Below are positions 1 to 8,419 of a DNA stretch of 20,853 nucleotides, piece by piece (positions within the stretch are counted from its first letter, which is position 1; the number at the start of each line of letters is the position of its first letter). The notes under the pieces were generated by a model, which saw nothing but the letters and a program-made list of their open reading frames with translations, made no database searches and was not told the DNA's origin. The position numbers and the translations under genes were made by a program. Source of the DNA: an archaeon (GTDB taxonomy: Archaea > EX4484-52 > B79-G9); assembly GCA_043813875.1 (NCBI GenBank), contig JBDRKP010000013.1, positions 1-20,853 on the forward strand, read 5' to 3'.

Positions 1-2
1 TC

Positions 3-947
3 TGGTCACCAATACTTCTATCAATCGCGATATATCTGTTAATAATTATCTACGCGGACCTCAATAAGCTCACAGGCGCAATAAAACAATTCTACTGGCC
101 ATACCTCCCCATCCTGTTCCTGCTGACAACATCAAACTACCTCCTAAGATACATAAAATGGGACTTCTTCCTGAAGAAAGCAGGAATCCACCTCAATCTT
201 AAGGAAAACCTCTTCGTATTCTTCAGCGGCCTCTCCATGATCATAACCCCCGGAAAGATGGGCGAGATATGGAAAGGATGGCTCATAAAAGACATGAAAG
301 GAACCGAACTAAGCAAAACCATACCAGTAGTGATAGTAGAAAGAATCACAGACGTTCTTGGACTGGTAATACTCTCATTATTCGGGATTCTGTACTACAA
401 GCAAAGCATAGACATAATATTGATATTCATAACGCTCGTGTTAACATTTTTCGCAATCATCAGATCCAAAAAAATATCAGGAAAAATCATATCGATTTTA
501 GAAAGGAAAATGAAACGACACGCAGAAAACATAAAGACAATGCACATGACCTTCCAAAAGACAATGGAGCCAAAAGGCATAATAGTGATGTCTATACTGA
601 GCGCAATCGCCTGGCTCTTCGAATGCATCGGCATGTACCTCGTCGTACTGGGCTTCCATGAATCGATAAGCCTGTTATATGCGACATTCATCTTCAGCTT
701 CGCCTCCCTTGCCGGCGCACTCAGCATGATACCTGGCGGCTTGGGCATCGCCGAAGCCACAATATTCAGCCTCCTCGAGACACAAGGAATCCCCCAGGCC
801 ACAGCCGTCGGGATAGCGCTGATAGTAAGGCTTGGAACGCTCTGGTACGGCGCATTCATGGGCATGGCAGTATACTTCCTATACAGGAAAAAATACCACA
901 TAAAAAACCATGACACCCAAAATGACCGCAAAAATATTAAAACATAG
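3..947 (+). CDS. Lysylphosphatidylglycerol synthase TM / AglD2-type flippase-like membrane protein (5'-truncated by window edge)
   Basis: Frame is open from base 3 (WSPILLSIAIYLL...RYIKW...), upstream of the listed Met at 237. Family motifs TPGKMGE, VIVERITD, IPGGLGIAE, ALIVRL; multiple TM segments. Confidence 0.85.
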   Translation, partial: WSPILLSIAIYLLIIIYADLNKLTGAIKQFYWPYLPILFLLTTSNYLLRYIKWDFFLKKAGIHLNLKENLFVFFSGLSMIITPGKMGEIWKGWLIKDMKGTELSKTIPVVIVERITDVLGLVILSLFGILYYKQSIDIILIFITLVLTFFAIIRSKKISGKIISILERKMKRHAENIKTMHMTFQKTMEPKGIIVMSILSAIAWLFECIGMYLVVLGFHESISLLYATFIFSFASLAGALSMIPGGLGIAEATIFSLLETQGIPQATAVGIALIVRLGTLWYGAFMGMAVYFLYRKKYHIKNHDTQNDRKNIKT

Positions 948-974
948 CGACCAACGAAAAAAGAGGTATTAAAA

Positions 975-2102
975 ATGTCAAAAGTAGCTATCCTGAAAAC
1001 ATCACCCAAAACAGTAATTGGCGACTACAGCAGACTCATGCAGTTGGCAGGCTGCAAAAAACACATACCAAAAAAGAACAAGACAATAATAAAGATAAAC
1101 CTCTCATGGAGCTTATACTACCCCTCATGCTCCACCCCTCCATGGCAGCTGGACAGCGTCCTAAAAACCCTGAAAGACAACAACTACAGCGACATCATCG
1201 GCGTCGAAAACCAGACAGTGGTCACCCACCCATGGAAAGGAGCATACCTCAACAAATGGCTCCCAGTGATGAAAAAACACAACGTAGAATACAAGCCCCT
1301 GACAGACGTAGAATGGATAACCTACAAGCCAAAAGCAGAGATGCTCGCGATGCATGACATATTCGGAGAGATCCTGATCCCGAAACTATTCAGGAATTCA
1401 AACATCATACACCTGCCCACAGTCAAGACACACGGCCACACGACAACCACCGGCGCAATGAAAAACGCCTTCGGCGGCCTGATACCAAAATACCGTCACC
1501 ATGCCCACAAAAAAATCCACGAGATACTCGTCGATCTATTGGCGCTCCAGAAAGAGATTCACAAAGGCATATTCGCGGTAATGGACGGCACAGTATGCGG
1601 AAACGGCGCAGGCCCAAGAACAATGGCCCCATACATCGGCAACATCATCCTCGCAAGCGACGACCAGGTAGCGATCGACGCGATATCATCAAAAATCATG
1701 GGCTTCGACCCCATGAAAATAGACTACATAAAGACAGCGCACGACAGAGGCCTAGGGACCGGCGACACAGACCAGATAGAGATAGTCGGCATGGACAAAA
1801 AAGACTTCAGGAAACTTAACTTCAACTTCAGGACAAGCAAAAGCCCTATCGTCGCAGGCGACCAGTTTCTGCGAAAAAAGACAGCTAAAATAAGATGGCT
1901 CCACCACCTGTTGTTCTACTCACCAGTCTTCAGGACATTCATCTTCGCATCCGAACTATACCACGACAGGATATGGTACAACATGACCGGCAAAAAGCAC
2001 ATAGACGAATTCAAAAAAACAGGATGGGGAACATTATTTGAAAAATACAGATACGGCCCATACCCGAAACACAAAGAAGTAAAAAACTGGGACCCCTATT
2101 AA
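975..2102 (+). CDS. DUF362 domain protein
   Basis: Motifs IKINL, LPTVKTHGHTTTTGAMKNAFG, MDGTVCGNGAGP, DQVAID typical of DUF362. GAGGT SD-like site upstream. No C-terminal CxxCxxC ferredoxin motif. Confidence 0.85.
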   Translation: MSKVAILKTSPKTVIGDYSRLMQLAGCKKHIPKKNKTIIKINLSWSLYYPSCSTPPWQLDSVLKTLKDNNYSDIIGVENQTVVTHPWKGAYLNKWLPVMKKHNVEYKPLTDVEWITYKPKAEMLAMHDIFGEILIPKLFRNSNIIHLPTVKTHGHTTTTGAMKNAFGGLIPKYRHHAHKKIHEILVDLLALQKEIHKGIFAVMDGTVCGNGAGPRTMAPYIGNIILASDDQVAIDAISSKIMGFDPMKIDYIKTAHDRGLGTGDTDQIEIVGMDKKDFRKLNFNFRTSKSPIVAGDQFLRKKTAKIRWLHHLLFYSPVFRTFIFASELYHDRIWYNMTGKKHIDEFKKTGWGTLFEKYRYGPYPKHKEVKNWDPY

Positions 2103-2135
2103 GTCAGGCACACAACCCTGAACAAACAACAAAAG

Positions 2136-3005
2136 ATGATAAACATGCTAAAAGAACTCATAATATCGATGCGCCCGCAACAATGGTACAAGAACCTGAT
2201 TTTATTCGTCTGCATAATCTTTTCCCAGAACCTTCTGAATATTCCTATGTGGTCCATTGTGCTGTCCGCATTCATAATATTCTGCATGATATCCGGTGCA
2301 TCATACATCATCAACGACATCCTTGATATAGAAAAAGACCGGATACATCCAAAGAAAACCAAGAGACCGATCGCATCGGGCTCTCTGAACAAAAATTACG
2401 CCCTCATCTCATCCATAATACTGATTATATCCTCTATAGGCTGGTCCTACTTCATAAACACAGAATTCTTCGTCATAACAATTGCATTCTTCACACTAAA
2501 CATTGCTTATTCCGTATTTCTAAAACACATCATTCTGGTCGATGTACTGACAATATCAGTCAACTTTGTGATCAGGGCAATAGCCGGATGCTTGGCAATC
2601 AACGTCATCATATCCCCATGGCTTATTCTCTGTACATTTTTGCTGGCATTGTTTCTGGCGCTTGGAAAAAGAAGGCATGAACTGATGCTTTTAGGAACAG
2701 ATGCTATAAGTCACCGTGAATTCTTCAGAGATTACACAACATCTCTTCTTGACCAGATGATAAGCATATCGACAAGCACATTGATAATATCCTACGCATT
2801 GTACACATTTCTCCAGGATAACATATACATGATGATAACCATCCCATTCGCGATTTATGGTCTCTTCAGATATATGCTATTGATTCACGCAAAAAATTTC
2901 GGTGGCGAAACAGAGATGATATTCAAGGACAATGGAATGTTGATATCCATGGGATTATGGTTCATGATAGTTATCCTGGTTCTTTACGGAAAAGACATCC
3001 TATAG
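2136..3005 (+). CDS. UbiA-family decaprenyl/polyprenyl-phosphate phosphoribosyltransferase (DPPR synthase-like)
   Basis: RPQQWYKN, YIINDILDIEKDRIHPKKTKRPIASG, YSVFLKH, GKRRHE are signatures of the Rv3806c-like subfamily; highly hydrophobic. Confidence 0.9.
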   Translation: MINMLKELIISMRPQQWYKNLILFVCIIFSQNLLNIPMWSIVLSAFIIFCMISGASYIINDILDIEKDRIHPKKTKRPIASGSLNKNYALISSIILIISSIGWSYFINTEFFVITIAFFTLNIAYSVFLKHIILVDVLTISVNFVIRAIAGCLAINVIISPWLILCTFLLALFLALGKRRHELMLLGTDAISHREFFRDYTTSLLDQMISISTSTLIISYALYTFLQDNIYMMITIPFAIYGLFRYMLLIHAKNFGGETEMIFKDNGMLISMGLWFMIVILVLYGKDIL

Positions 3006-3024
3006 TAAAAAAACCAGAAGAAAA

Positions 3025-4116
3025 ATGAATATGAAGACCAAATCAGAAAAAACCAAAGGCAGAACAAGACACATCAAAAAAAGATATCTTTCAATAATCG
3101 GGATCATACTGATCGTCATAGTTCTTCGGAACATAGACCTTAACACTGCATTAGCCACACTCCGTCAAATAAACATAGAGATATTCCTTGCAGCCCTTGC
3201 CTTGCAATCACTCAACGTCTACATAAAATCAGAAAAGTGGCGTCTATTGATAAGTCCCCTGAACAAAAGCTACAAAGCAGTAAGAAGCATAAACGTCTGG
3301 CTCACAAGCTACGCGATAGGTATAGTAACCCCTGGCAGGATAGGTGACTTCACAAGAGCAATTTACCTGAAAAAAGACACAGGTCTTTCATACGGTAAAT
3401 CAATCTCAACAGTATTTATCGATCGCCTGCAGGACACCGTAGCGCTCTTTATATTTGCATATATGGGTCTGATTATCTTCAATCCGCTGCTGACAGCAAA
3501 GACAGAGATAAAGACAATGACGACAATGGCATTGCTTGCATTCACAGCACTGATCACAATAATCCTCAAAAAAGATGCCATATCAAAAATACTAAGACCG
3601 TTATTCAACAGTTTCATAAAGGAAGAGCAAAAAGAAGACGTAAAATCAAACTATCTGGACTTCTACAGAAGCTTAAGCACCATCGCAAAAGATAAAAGAA
3701 CAATGATCATATCATCTATTCTCACATTACTTTCCTGGATAATAATCCTCATAGCATCATACCTTATAGCGCTTTCAATCAACATCCACACAGACATAAT
3801 TCATTTCATCTTCCTCATGCCCATCATCTACATAGTAGAACTCATACCGATATCCATATCCGGAATCGGAACAAGGGACGCCACGACAATAATCCTTTTC
3901 TCACTGATAAACATAAGAGCAGAAAGCGCATTCGTCTTCTCGACATTGATATTGCTGACAAACATGATTTTTGCACTTATTGGATTGACATTGATGCAGA
4001 TCAACACATACAACACCAAAAAACAACTGATACAGAACACTCAAAGCAAAGCCGATATAGACAAGATATTTAAATATCCCGAACAAACCAAACATCTGCA
4101 GCATAGCATTCTATAG
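3025..4116 (+). CDS. Second LPG synthase TM / AglD2-type flippase-like membrane protein
   Basis: KSEKW, TPGRIGDFTR, VFIDRLQD, IPISISGIGTRD motifs; multiple TM helices. Confidence 0.85.
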   Translation: MNMKTKSEKTKGRTRHIKKRYLSIIGIILIVIVLRNIDLNTALATLRQINIEIFLAALALQSLNVYIKSEKWRLLISPLNKSYKAVRSINVWLTSYAIGIVTPGRIGDFTRAIYLKKDTGLSYGKSISTVFIDRLQDTVALFIFAYMGLIIFNPLLTAKTEIKTMTTMALLAFTALITIILKKDAISKILRPLFNSFIKEEQKEDVKSNYLDFYRSLSTIAKDKRTMIISSILTLLSWIIILIASYLIALSINIHTDIIHFIFLMPIIYIVELIPISISGIGTRDATTIILFSLINIRAESAFVFSTLILLTNMIFALIGLTLMQINTYNTKKQLIQNTQSKADIDKIFKYPEQTKHLQHSIL

Positions 4117-4128
4117 AGACAGATAAAT

Positions 4129-5217
4129 ATGATACCATTATCCAACCCGAAGGTCAGAGTAGAAATCATAAAGGCCATCGAAGACACAATAAACAATGAA
4201 TACTTTGTCATGGGCGAAAGCGTCTACAAATTCGAAGAGGAATTTGCAAAATACATCGGCACAGACCATGCGATATCCACCGGTTCAGGCACATCCGCTC
4301 TCCAACTATCGCTGATTGCACTCAAAGCAAAAGGAACCGAAGTGATAACGACACCGAATACATTCATCGCGACATCAAACTCGATAATCCACGCAGAAGC
4401 CACACCTGTATTCTCAGACATAGATCCAAACACAGGTAATATTGACGAAAATAAGCTGATAGACACCATCAAAAAAAATCCGAAAGCAAGTGGAATTCTG
4501 CCAGTCCACATATATGGAAACCCATGCAACATGGACACCATAAAAGAGATAGCAGAAAAAAACAACCAATTCATACTTGAAGACGCATGCCAGGCACACG
4601 GAGCCGAGTACAGGAACCGGAAAGTCGGCTCAATCGGTGATGTCGGATGCTTCTCATTCTACACAACAAAAAATCTGACCGTGCTTGGAGACGGCGGCAT
4701 GATAACAACCAGCAACGAAAAGATTGCAAAAGAAGTATCCGTATTAAGAGACTGCGGAAGGATAAGCAAATACGAACACTCCGTAATCGGATACACCAGC
4801 CGGCTCAACACAATAAATGCCGCAATAGGCAGAATCCATCTGAAGCATCTCGATGACTGGAACGAACAGCGCAGAACAATAGCAAAAAGATACAAAAAAC
4901 TGCTCGGCGAGGATAAAACCCTCAAAGAGACAGCAGATTCAAAATGTGTATATCACCTGTTCATCCTGAAAGTAGAAGCAAGCCTGCGAGACGCACTCAT
5001 AGACCACTTGAAAAAAGAAGAGATTCAGACAGGCATCCATTATCCGATACCGGTCCATCTCCAGCCAGCATATAGACAACGTTACAACTACACTGAAGGC
5101 ATGTTGCCTCAATCAGAATCATTTGCAAAAGAGATAATATCGCTCCCCATGTACCCCGACCTCAAAGATGAAGACATCAACACAATCTGTGAGAAAATAC
5201 ATGAGGTGTTATCATGA
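4129..5217 (+). CDS. DegT/DnrJ/EryC1/StrS PLP-dependent sugar aminotransferase (WbpE-like)
   Basis: SGTSAL, PVHIYG, EDACQAHG, SFYTTKNL (PLP lysine), GDGG, IHYPIPVH, SLPMYP. Confidence 0.95.
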   Translation: MIPLSNPKVRVEIIKAIEDTINNEYFVMGESVYKFEEEFAKYIGTDHAISTGSGTSALQLSLIALKAKGTEVITTPNTFIATSNSIIHAEATPVFSDIDPNTGNIDENKLIDTIKKNPKASGILPVHIYGNPCNMDTIKEIAEKNNQFILEDACQAHGAEYRNRKVGSIGDVGCFSFYTTKNLTVLGDGGMITTSNEKIAKEVSVLRDCGRISKYEHSVIGYTSRLNTINAAIGRIHLKHLDDWNEQRRTIAKRYKKLLGEDKTLKETADSKCVYHLFILKVEASLRDALIDHLKKEEIQTGIHYPIPVHLQPAYRQRYNYTEGMLPQSESFAKEIISLPMYPDLKDEDINTICEKIHEVLS

Positions 5218-6137
5218 AAGTAGGAGTTATAGGCGCAGGGTACTGGGGCAAGAAAGTTGTAGAAGAATACACACTTCTGGGAATAGACACAACAGTTGCA
5301 GACCTGAGCACCGAAAATCTCAAATACTGCGCCGACAGATACAAGGTAAAAACCACAAAGAACTACAAAGACATCCTTGATGACAAACAGATAAGATACG
5401 TAAACGTCTGCACACCGAACGAAACCCACTACAAGCTCGGAAAAGAATGCCTTCTAAACGGGAAAAATGTACTCATAGAAAAACCGCTGGCAACAAAAGT
5501 CGAACATTGCATAGAGCTATCAGAGATTGCAAAAGAAAAAAAAGTCCTGCTGGTTGTAGGGCACATCTTCCGTTTTAACAATGCCTTAAAAAAAGTAAAA
5601 GAAATGATCGACAACAAATCACTCGGAGATATTGAAATAATCAAACTGAGATGGACAAACATCGAACGCCTTTTCGACGACCGGGACGTAATCCTCGACT
5701 TGGCGCCGCATTGTTTTGACATCATAAACTACCTCACAGGAAAAATACCTACCGAAATATCATGCATCGGCAGCGCATACAGGCGTGAAAAAGGTGCCGA
5801 AGCAGTATTCATAAACGGCCGGATAGACAACACATTGATAAACATAGAGCTTAGCTGGATAACCCCGCGAAAAACACGAAGTGTAGAAGTGATTGGCTCA
5901 AAAGGATCAGCATTCATTGACTGCACGAACCAGAAAATAGAAATCTACGAAAGCGGCGGCTTCAAGACATTGAACATAATACCGAACAACACAATACAAT
6001 CTGAATTGATGAACTTCATCAACTGCGCAGAAACAAACACAGATTCCGTAGCAAGCAGCGAAGTAGGCATAATAGTCCAGAAACTCATTAAAGCAGCGCA
6101 GGACTCGCTTATTGAAAAAAAGATAATAATGCTTTGA
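5214..6137 (+). CDS. Gfo/Idh/MocA NAD-dependent oxidoreductase (WbpB-like sugar dehydrogenase)
   Basis: VIGAGYWG Rossmann motif, EKP, GHIFRFN, DLAPH. ATGA overlap with the upstream gene and GAGGTG SD. Confidence 0.92.
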   Translation: MKVGVIGAGYWGKKVVEEYTLLGIDTTVADLSTENLKYCADRYKVKTTKNYKDILDDKQIRYVNVCTPNETHYKLGKECLLNGKNVLIEKPLATKVEHCIELSEIAKEKKVLLVVGHIFRFNNALKKVKEMIDNKSLGDIEIIKLRWTNIERLFDDRDVILDLAPHCFDIINYLTGKIPTEISCIGSAYRREKGAEAVFINGRIDNTLINIELSWITPRKTRSVEVIGSKGSAFIDCTNQKIEIYESGGFKTLNIIPNNTIQSELMNFINCAETNTDSVASSEVGIIVQKLIKAAQDSLIEKKIIML

Positions 6138-6196
6138 CTCAAGACAAATAACACAAAAGCGAAAATATTCAACAACAATCCAAATCAGGTAAAGAC

Positions 6197-6667
6197 ATGA
6201 AACTGAACGAAAAAAACAACATACAGATAGTGGAAGACGCAGAGATTGGTGAAGGTACCATTCTAAGGAACTACCTGAACATTTACAAGTGCAAGATCGG
6301 AAAGAACTGCAAGATTGCATCATTCACAGAGATACAAAAGGATGTCATTATAGGAGACAACTGTAAGATAGAGGCATTCACATTCATACCAAGCGGTGTG
6401 ACCATCGAAGACGACGTATTCATCGGCCCTCATGTATGCTTCACAAACGACAGACATCCAAAATCCACAGGAGAATGGCAAATCACAACCACCCATGTAA
6501 AGAAAGGCGCATCTATCAGCGCAAACTGCACAATAGTATGCGGCACGACAATAGGAGAGAACGCACTCATCGGTGCAGGCTCCGTTGTGACAAAAGACAT
6601 TCCGGACAACGCAATCGCATACGGCAATCCCGCAACAGTAAAAGCATATCAAAAAGACAAGAAATAA
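6197..6667 (+). CDS. Hexapeptide-repeat N-acetyltransferase (WbpD/WxcM-like)
   Basis: Left-handed beta-helix repeats ([23 protein letters not shown]), [21 protein letters not shown]. Confidence 0.92.
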   Translation: MKLNEKNNIQIVEDAEIGEGTILRNYLNIYKCKIGKNCKIASFTEIQKDVIIGDNCKIEAFTFIPSGVTIEDDVFIGPHVCFTNDRHPKSTGEWQITTTHVKKGASISANCTIVCGTTIGENALIGAGSVVTKDIPDNAIAYGNPATVKAYQKDKK

Positions 6668-6673
6668 GAAAAG

Positions 6674-7381
6674 ATGTTCCAGATGAAAACTTACGACTTA
6701 AGCGCCATAGTCCCCACACGGAACGAAGAAAAAATAGTGAGACAGAATATCAAAGCAATCGAAACATACCTGAAAAACTGCCCGATAATAAGAGACTATG
6801 AGATTCTTGTCTGCGACTATAGCACCGACAAGACCCCGGAAATTGTAAAAAAACTGGAAATACTCAACCCAAAAATAAGATATGTCAGAACAGGAAAAAA
6901 AGGCATTGGCGCCGGCATTCGCGTAGGCATTGAACACGCAGCACTCGACTACATGATGCTTTACCCGATAGACCTGTCATGGGACCTTGACTGTATAGAA
7001 AACTCACTCAAAGCCCTAAAGACACACGACATAGTCCTGGCATCAAGAGAGCACGATGATTCAACCACCACACGCACAAAAAAACGGATATTTTTCTCAA
7101 AAGTTTACAGTTTCATAATCAATCATGCATTCAGATTAAAAGTTGCAGACACCCAATGCACATTTGCCGCGAGAAGGCAAGACATAATAAAATACCTCGA
7201 TAAGATGGATTCAGACAGCGCTTTCTTCCAGGCGCAGATAATAATCCATGGCAAAAAAAACAACCTTAAAATAAAGGAGATTCCGACCAATGTAGAGGAC
7301 ACGCGCAAGGACTCAAAGATAAATGTCCTGAAAGACGGCACACAGATGCTAAAAGAGATAATAAGAGAAAAACTGAAATAA
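6674..7381 (+). CDS. GT2 glycosyltransferase, dolichyl-phosphate glycosyltransferase (DPM1/ALG5)-like, with atypical DxD motif
   Basis: IVPTRNEE, STDKT, GIGAG, DIVLASR, DTQC, IKEIP, SKIN motifs. Start may be 6683. Confidence 0.85.
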   Translation: MFQMKTYDLSAIVPTRNEEKIVRQNIKAIETYLKNCPIIRDYEILVCDYSTDKTPEIVKKLEILNPKIRYVRTGKKGIGAGIRVGIEHAALDYMMLYPIDLSWDLDCIENSLKALKTHDIVLASREHDDSTTTRTKKRIFFSKVYSFIINHAFRLKVADTQCTFAARRQDIIKYLDKMDSDSAFFQAQIIIHGKKNNLKIKEIPTNVEDTRKDSKINVLKDGTQMLKEIIREKLK

Positions 7382-7405
7382 GATTTCACAAAAGTGATAT
7401 ATCCA

Positions 7406-7413
7406 TTTATAAA
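7406..7413 (+). promoter_or_regulatory. Putative archaeal TATA box for SemiSWEET-HAD unit
   Basis: TTTATAAA ending 22 nt before ATG 7436, no SD; consistent with a leaderless transcript. Confidence 0.55.
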
Positions 7414-7435
7414 TTACCATTAATAATACACAACA

Positions 7436-7708
7436 ATGAATTGGGAACTATTCGGTCTGGCCGCAGGAGCCATAACAGTTTCTGGTTTCTTCCCCCAGAT
7501 CATAAAAGGATATATGACCAAAAAAATGGACGACCTGTCCTATTTCTTCAATATTCTCATAGGAGTTGGAATGTTGATGTGGATAATCTACGGCATTAAG
7601 ATAAACAGCCTGGCTGTCATCGCAACTAACATTGTAGGCGTATCATGCAACTTGATAATGATCCTGATGAAATACAAATACTCAAAAAGAAATCAAAAAC
7701 ACAAATAA
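7436..7708 (+). CDS. SemiSWEET / PQ-loop (MtN3) small transporter
   Basis: 90 aa, three TM helices, FFPQIIK, DDLS, WIIYG, VIATN motifs. Confidence 0.9.
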   Translation: MNWELFGLAAGAITVSGFFPQIIKGYMTKKMDDLSYFFNILIGVGMLMWIIYGIKINSLAVIATNIVGVSCNLIMILMKYKYSKRNQKHK

Positions 7709-7734
7709 AATCAATATCCAACAAAAACATAATT

Positions 7735-8334
7735 ATGATAAAAGCAATAATCTTCGACTATGGCGGTGTGATTAGCAACAACACCGATTCAATGATTCTT
7801 GAGCATATATCCAATTCCTGCAAAGTCCCGTTAAACGTAACTAAAAAAGCAATCGCAGGGATTCTGGAAAAATATCAGACCGGAGCCATTAATGACGAAA
7901 TGTTCTGGAAAGAGTTCAAATCAAAAACCGGCACAGACCTTCCAAAGAACTACCTGGAATTATGGACAGAGACATATGAAAAAGAACTAAAAATCAACCA
8001 CGATGCCCTGAACCTGATCAAAAACCTCAGAATAGAAAAATATACTCTCGCATTATTATCCAACACAATACCCCCGCATACAAGATACATAAAAAAACAC
8101 ATCAAACTATTTGACCACACAATACTCTCAACAGAAGCAGGTCTGAGAAAACCAGACGAAAATATATACATTCTCGCCCTGAAAATGATTGGCAACAGAC
8201 CCGAAGAATGTATATACATCGATGACATACAAGAATATCTGACACCCGCAGGCAAATTAGGCATACATACAATCCATTACAAGAATATTCCGCTGCTAAA
8301 AAGAGAATTACTAAAACAGGGCATACATTTTTGA
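7735..8334 (+). CDS. HAD-superfamily phosphatase (YihX-like, subfamily IA)
   Basis: Likely start ATG 7735 (MIKAIIFDYGGV). Motif II LLSN, motif III KP, motif IV IYIDD. Confidence 0.9.
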   Translation: MIKAIIFDYGGVISNNTDSMILEHISNSCKVPLNVTKKAIAGILEKYQTGAINDEMFWKEFKSKTGTDLPKNYLELWTETYEKELKINHDALNLIKNLRIEKYTLALLSNTIPPHTRYIKKHIKLFDHTILSTEAGLRKPDENIYILALKMIGNRPEECIYIDDIQEYLTPAGKLGIHTIHYKNIPLLKRELLKQGIHF

Positions 8335-8390
8335 GCAAAGAAAGTAACAGACAGCATACTCAATAAAAACACAAGACACCAGACACAAAT

Positions 8391-8398
8391 ATTATAAA
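8391..8398 (+). promoter_or_regulatory. Putative archaeal TATA box
   Basis: ATTATAAA preceded by A-rich sequence, ending 21 nt before ATG 8420; no SD. Confidence 0.5.
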
Positions 8399-8419
8399 CT
8401 TTAACAGTCAAACGAACTT

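Noticed and set aside
395..1009. 204-aa antisense ORF and the many similar short antisense or overlapping ORFs
   Set aside because: They shadow well-supported genes and have no recognisable motifs.
2136..3005. DGGGP synthase or quinone prenyltransferase call
   Set aside because: RPxQWxKN, HPxKxxRPIASG and KRRxE motifs match the phosphoribosyltransferase subfamily.
7645..7734. N-terminal extension of the HAD ORF
   Set aside because: It overlaps SemiSWEET; HAD motif I begins right after ATG 7735.
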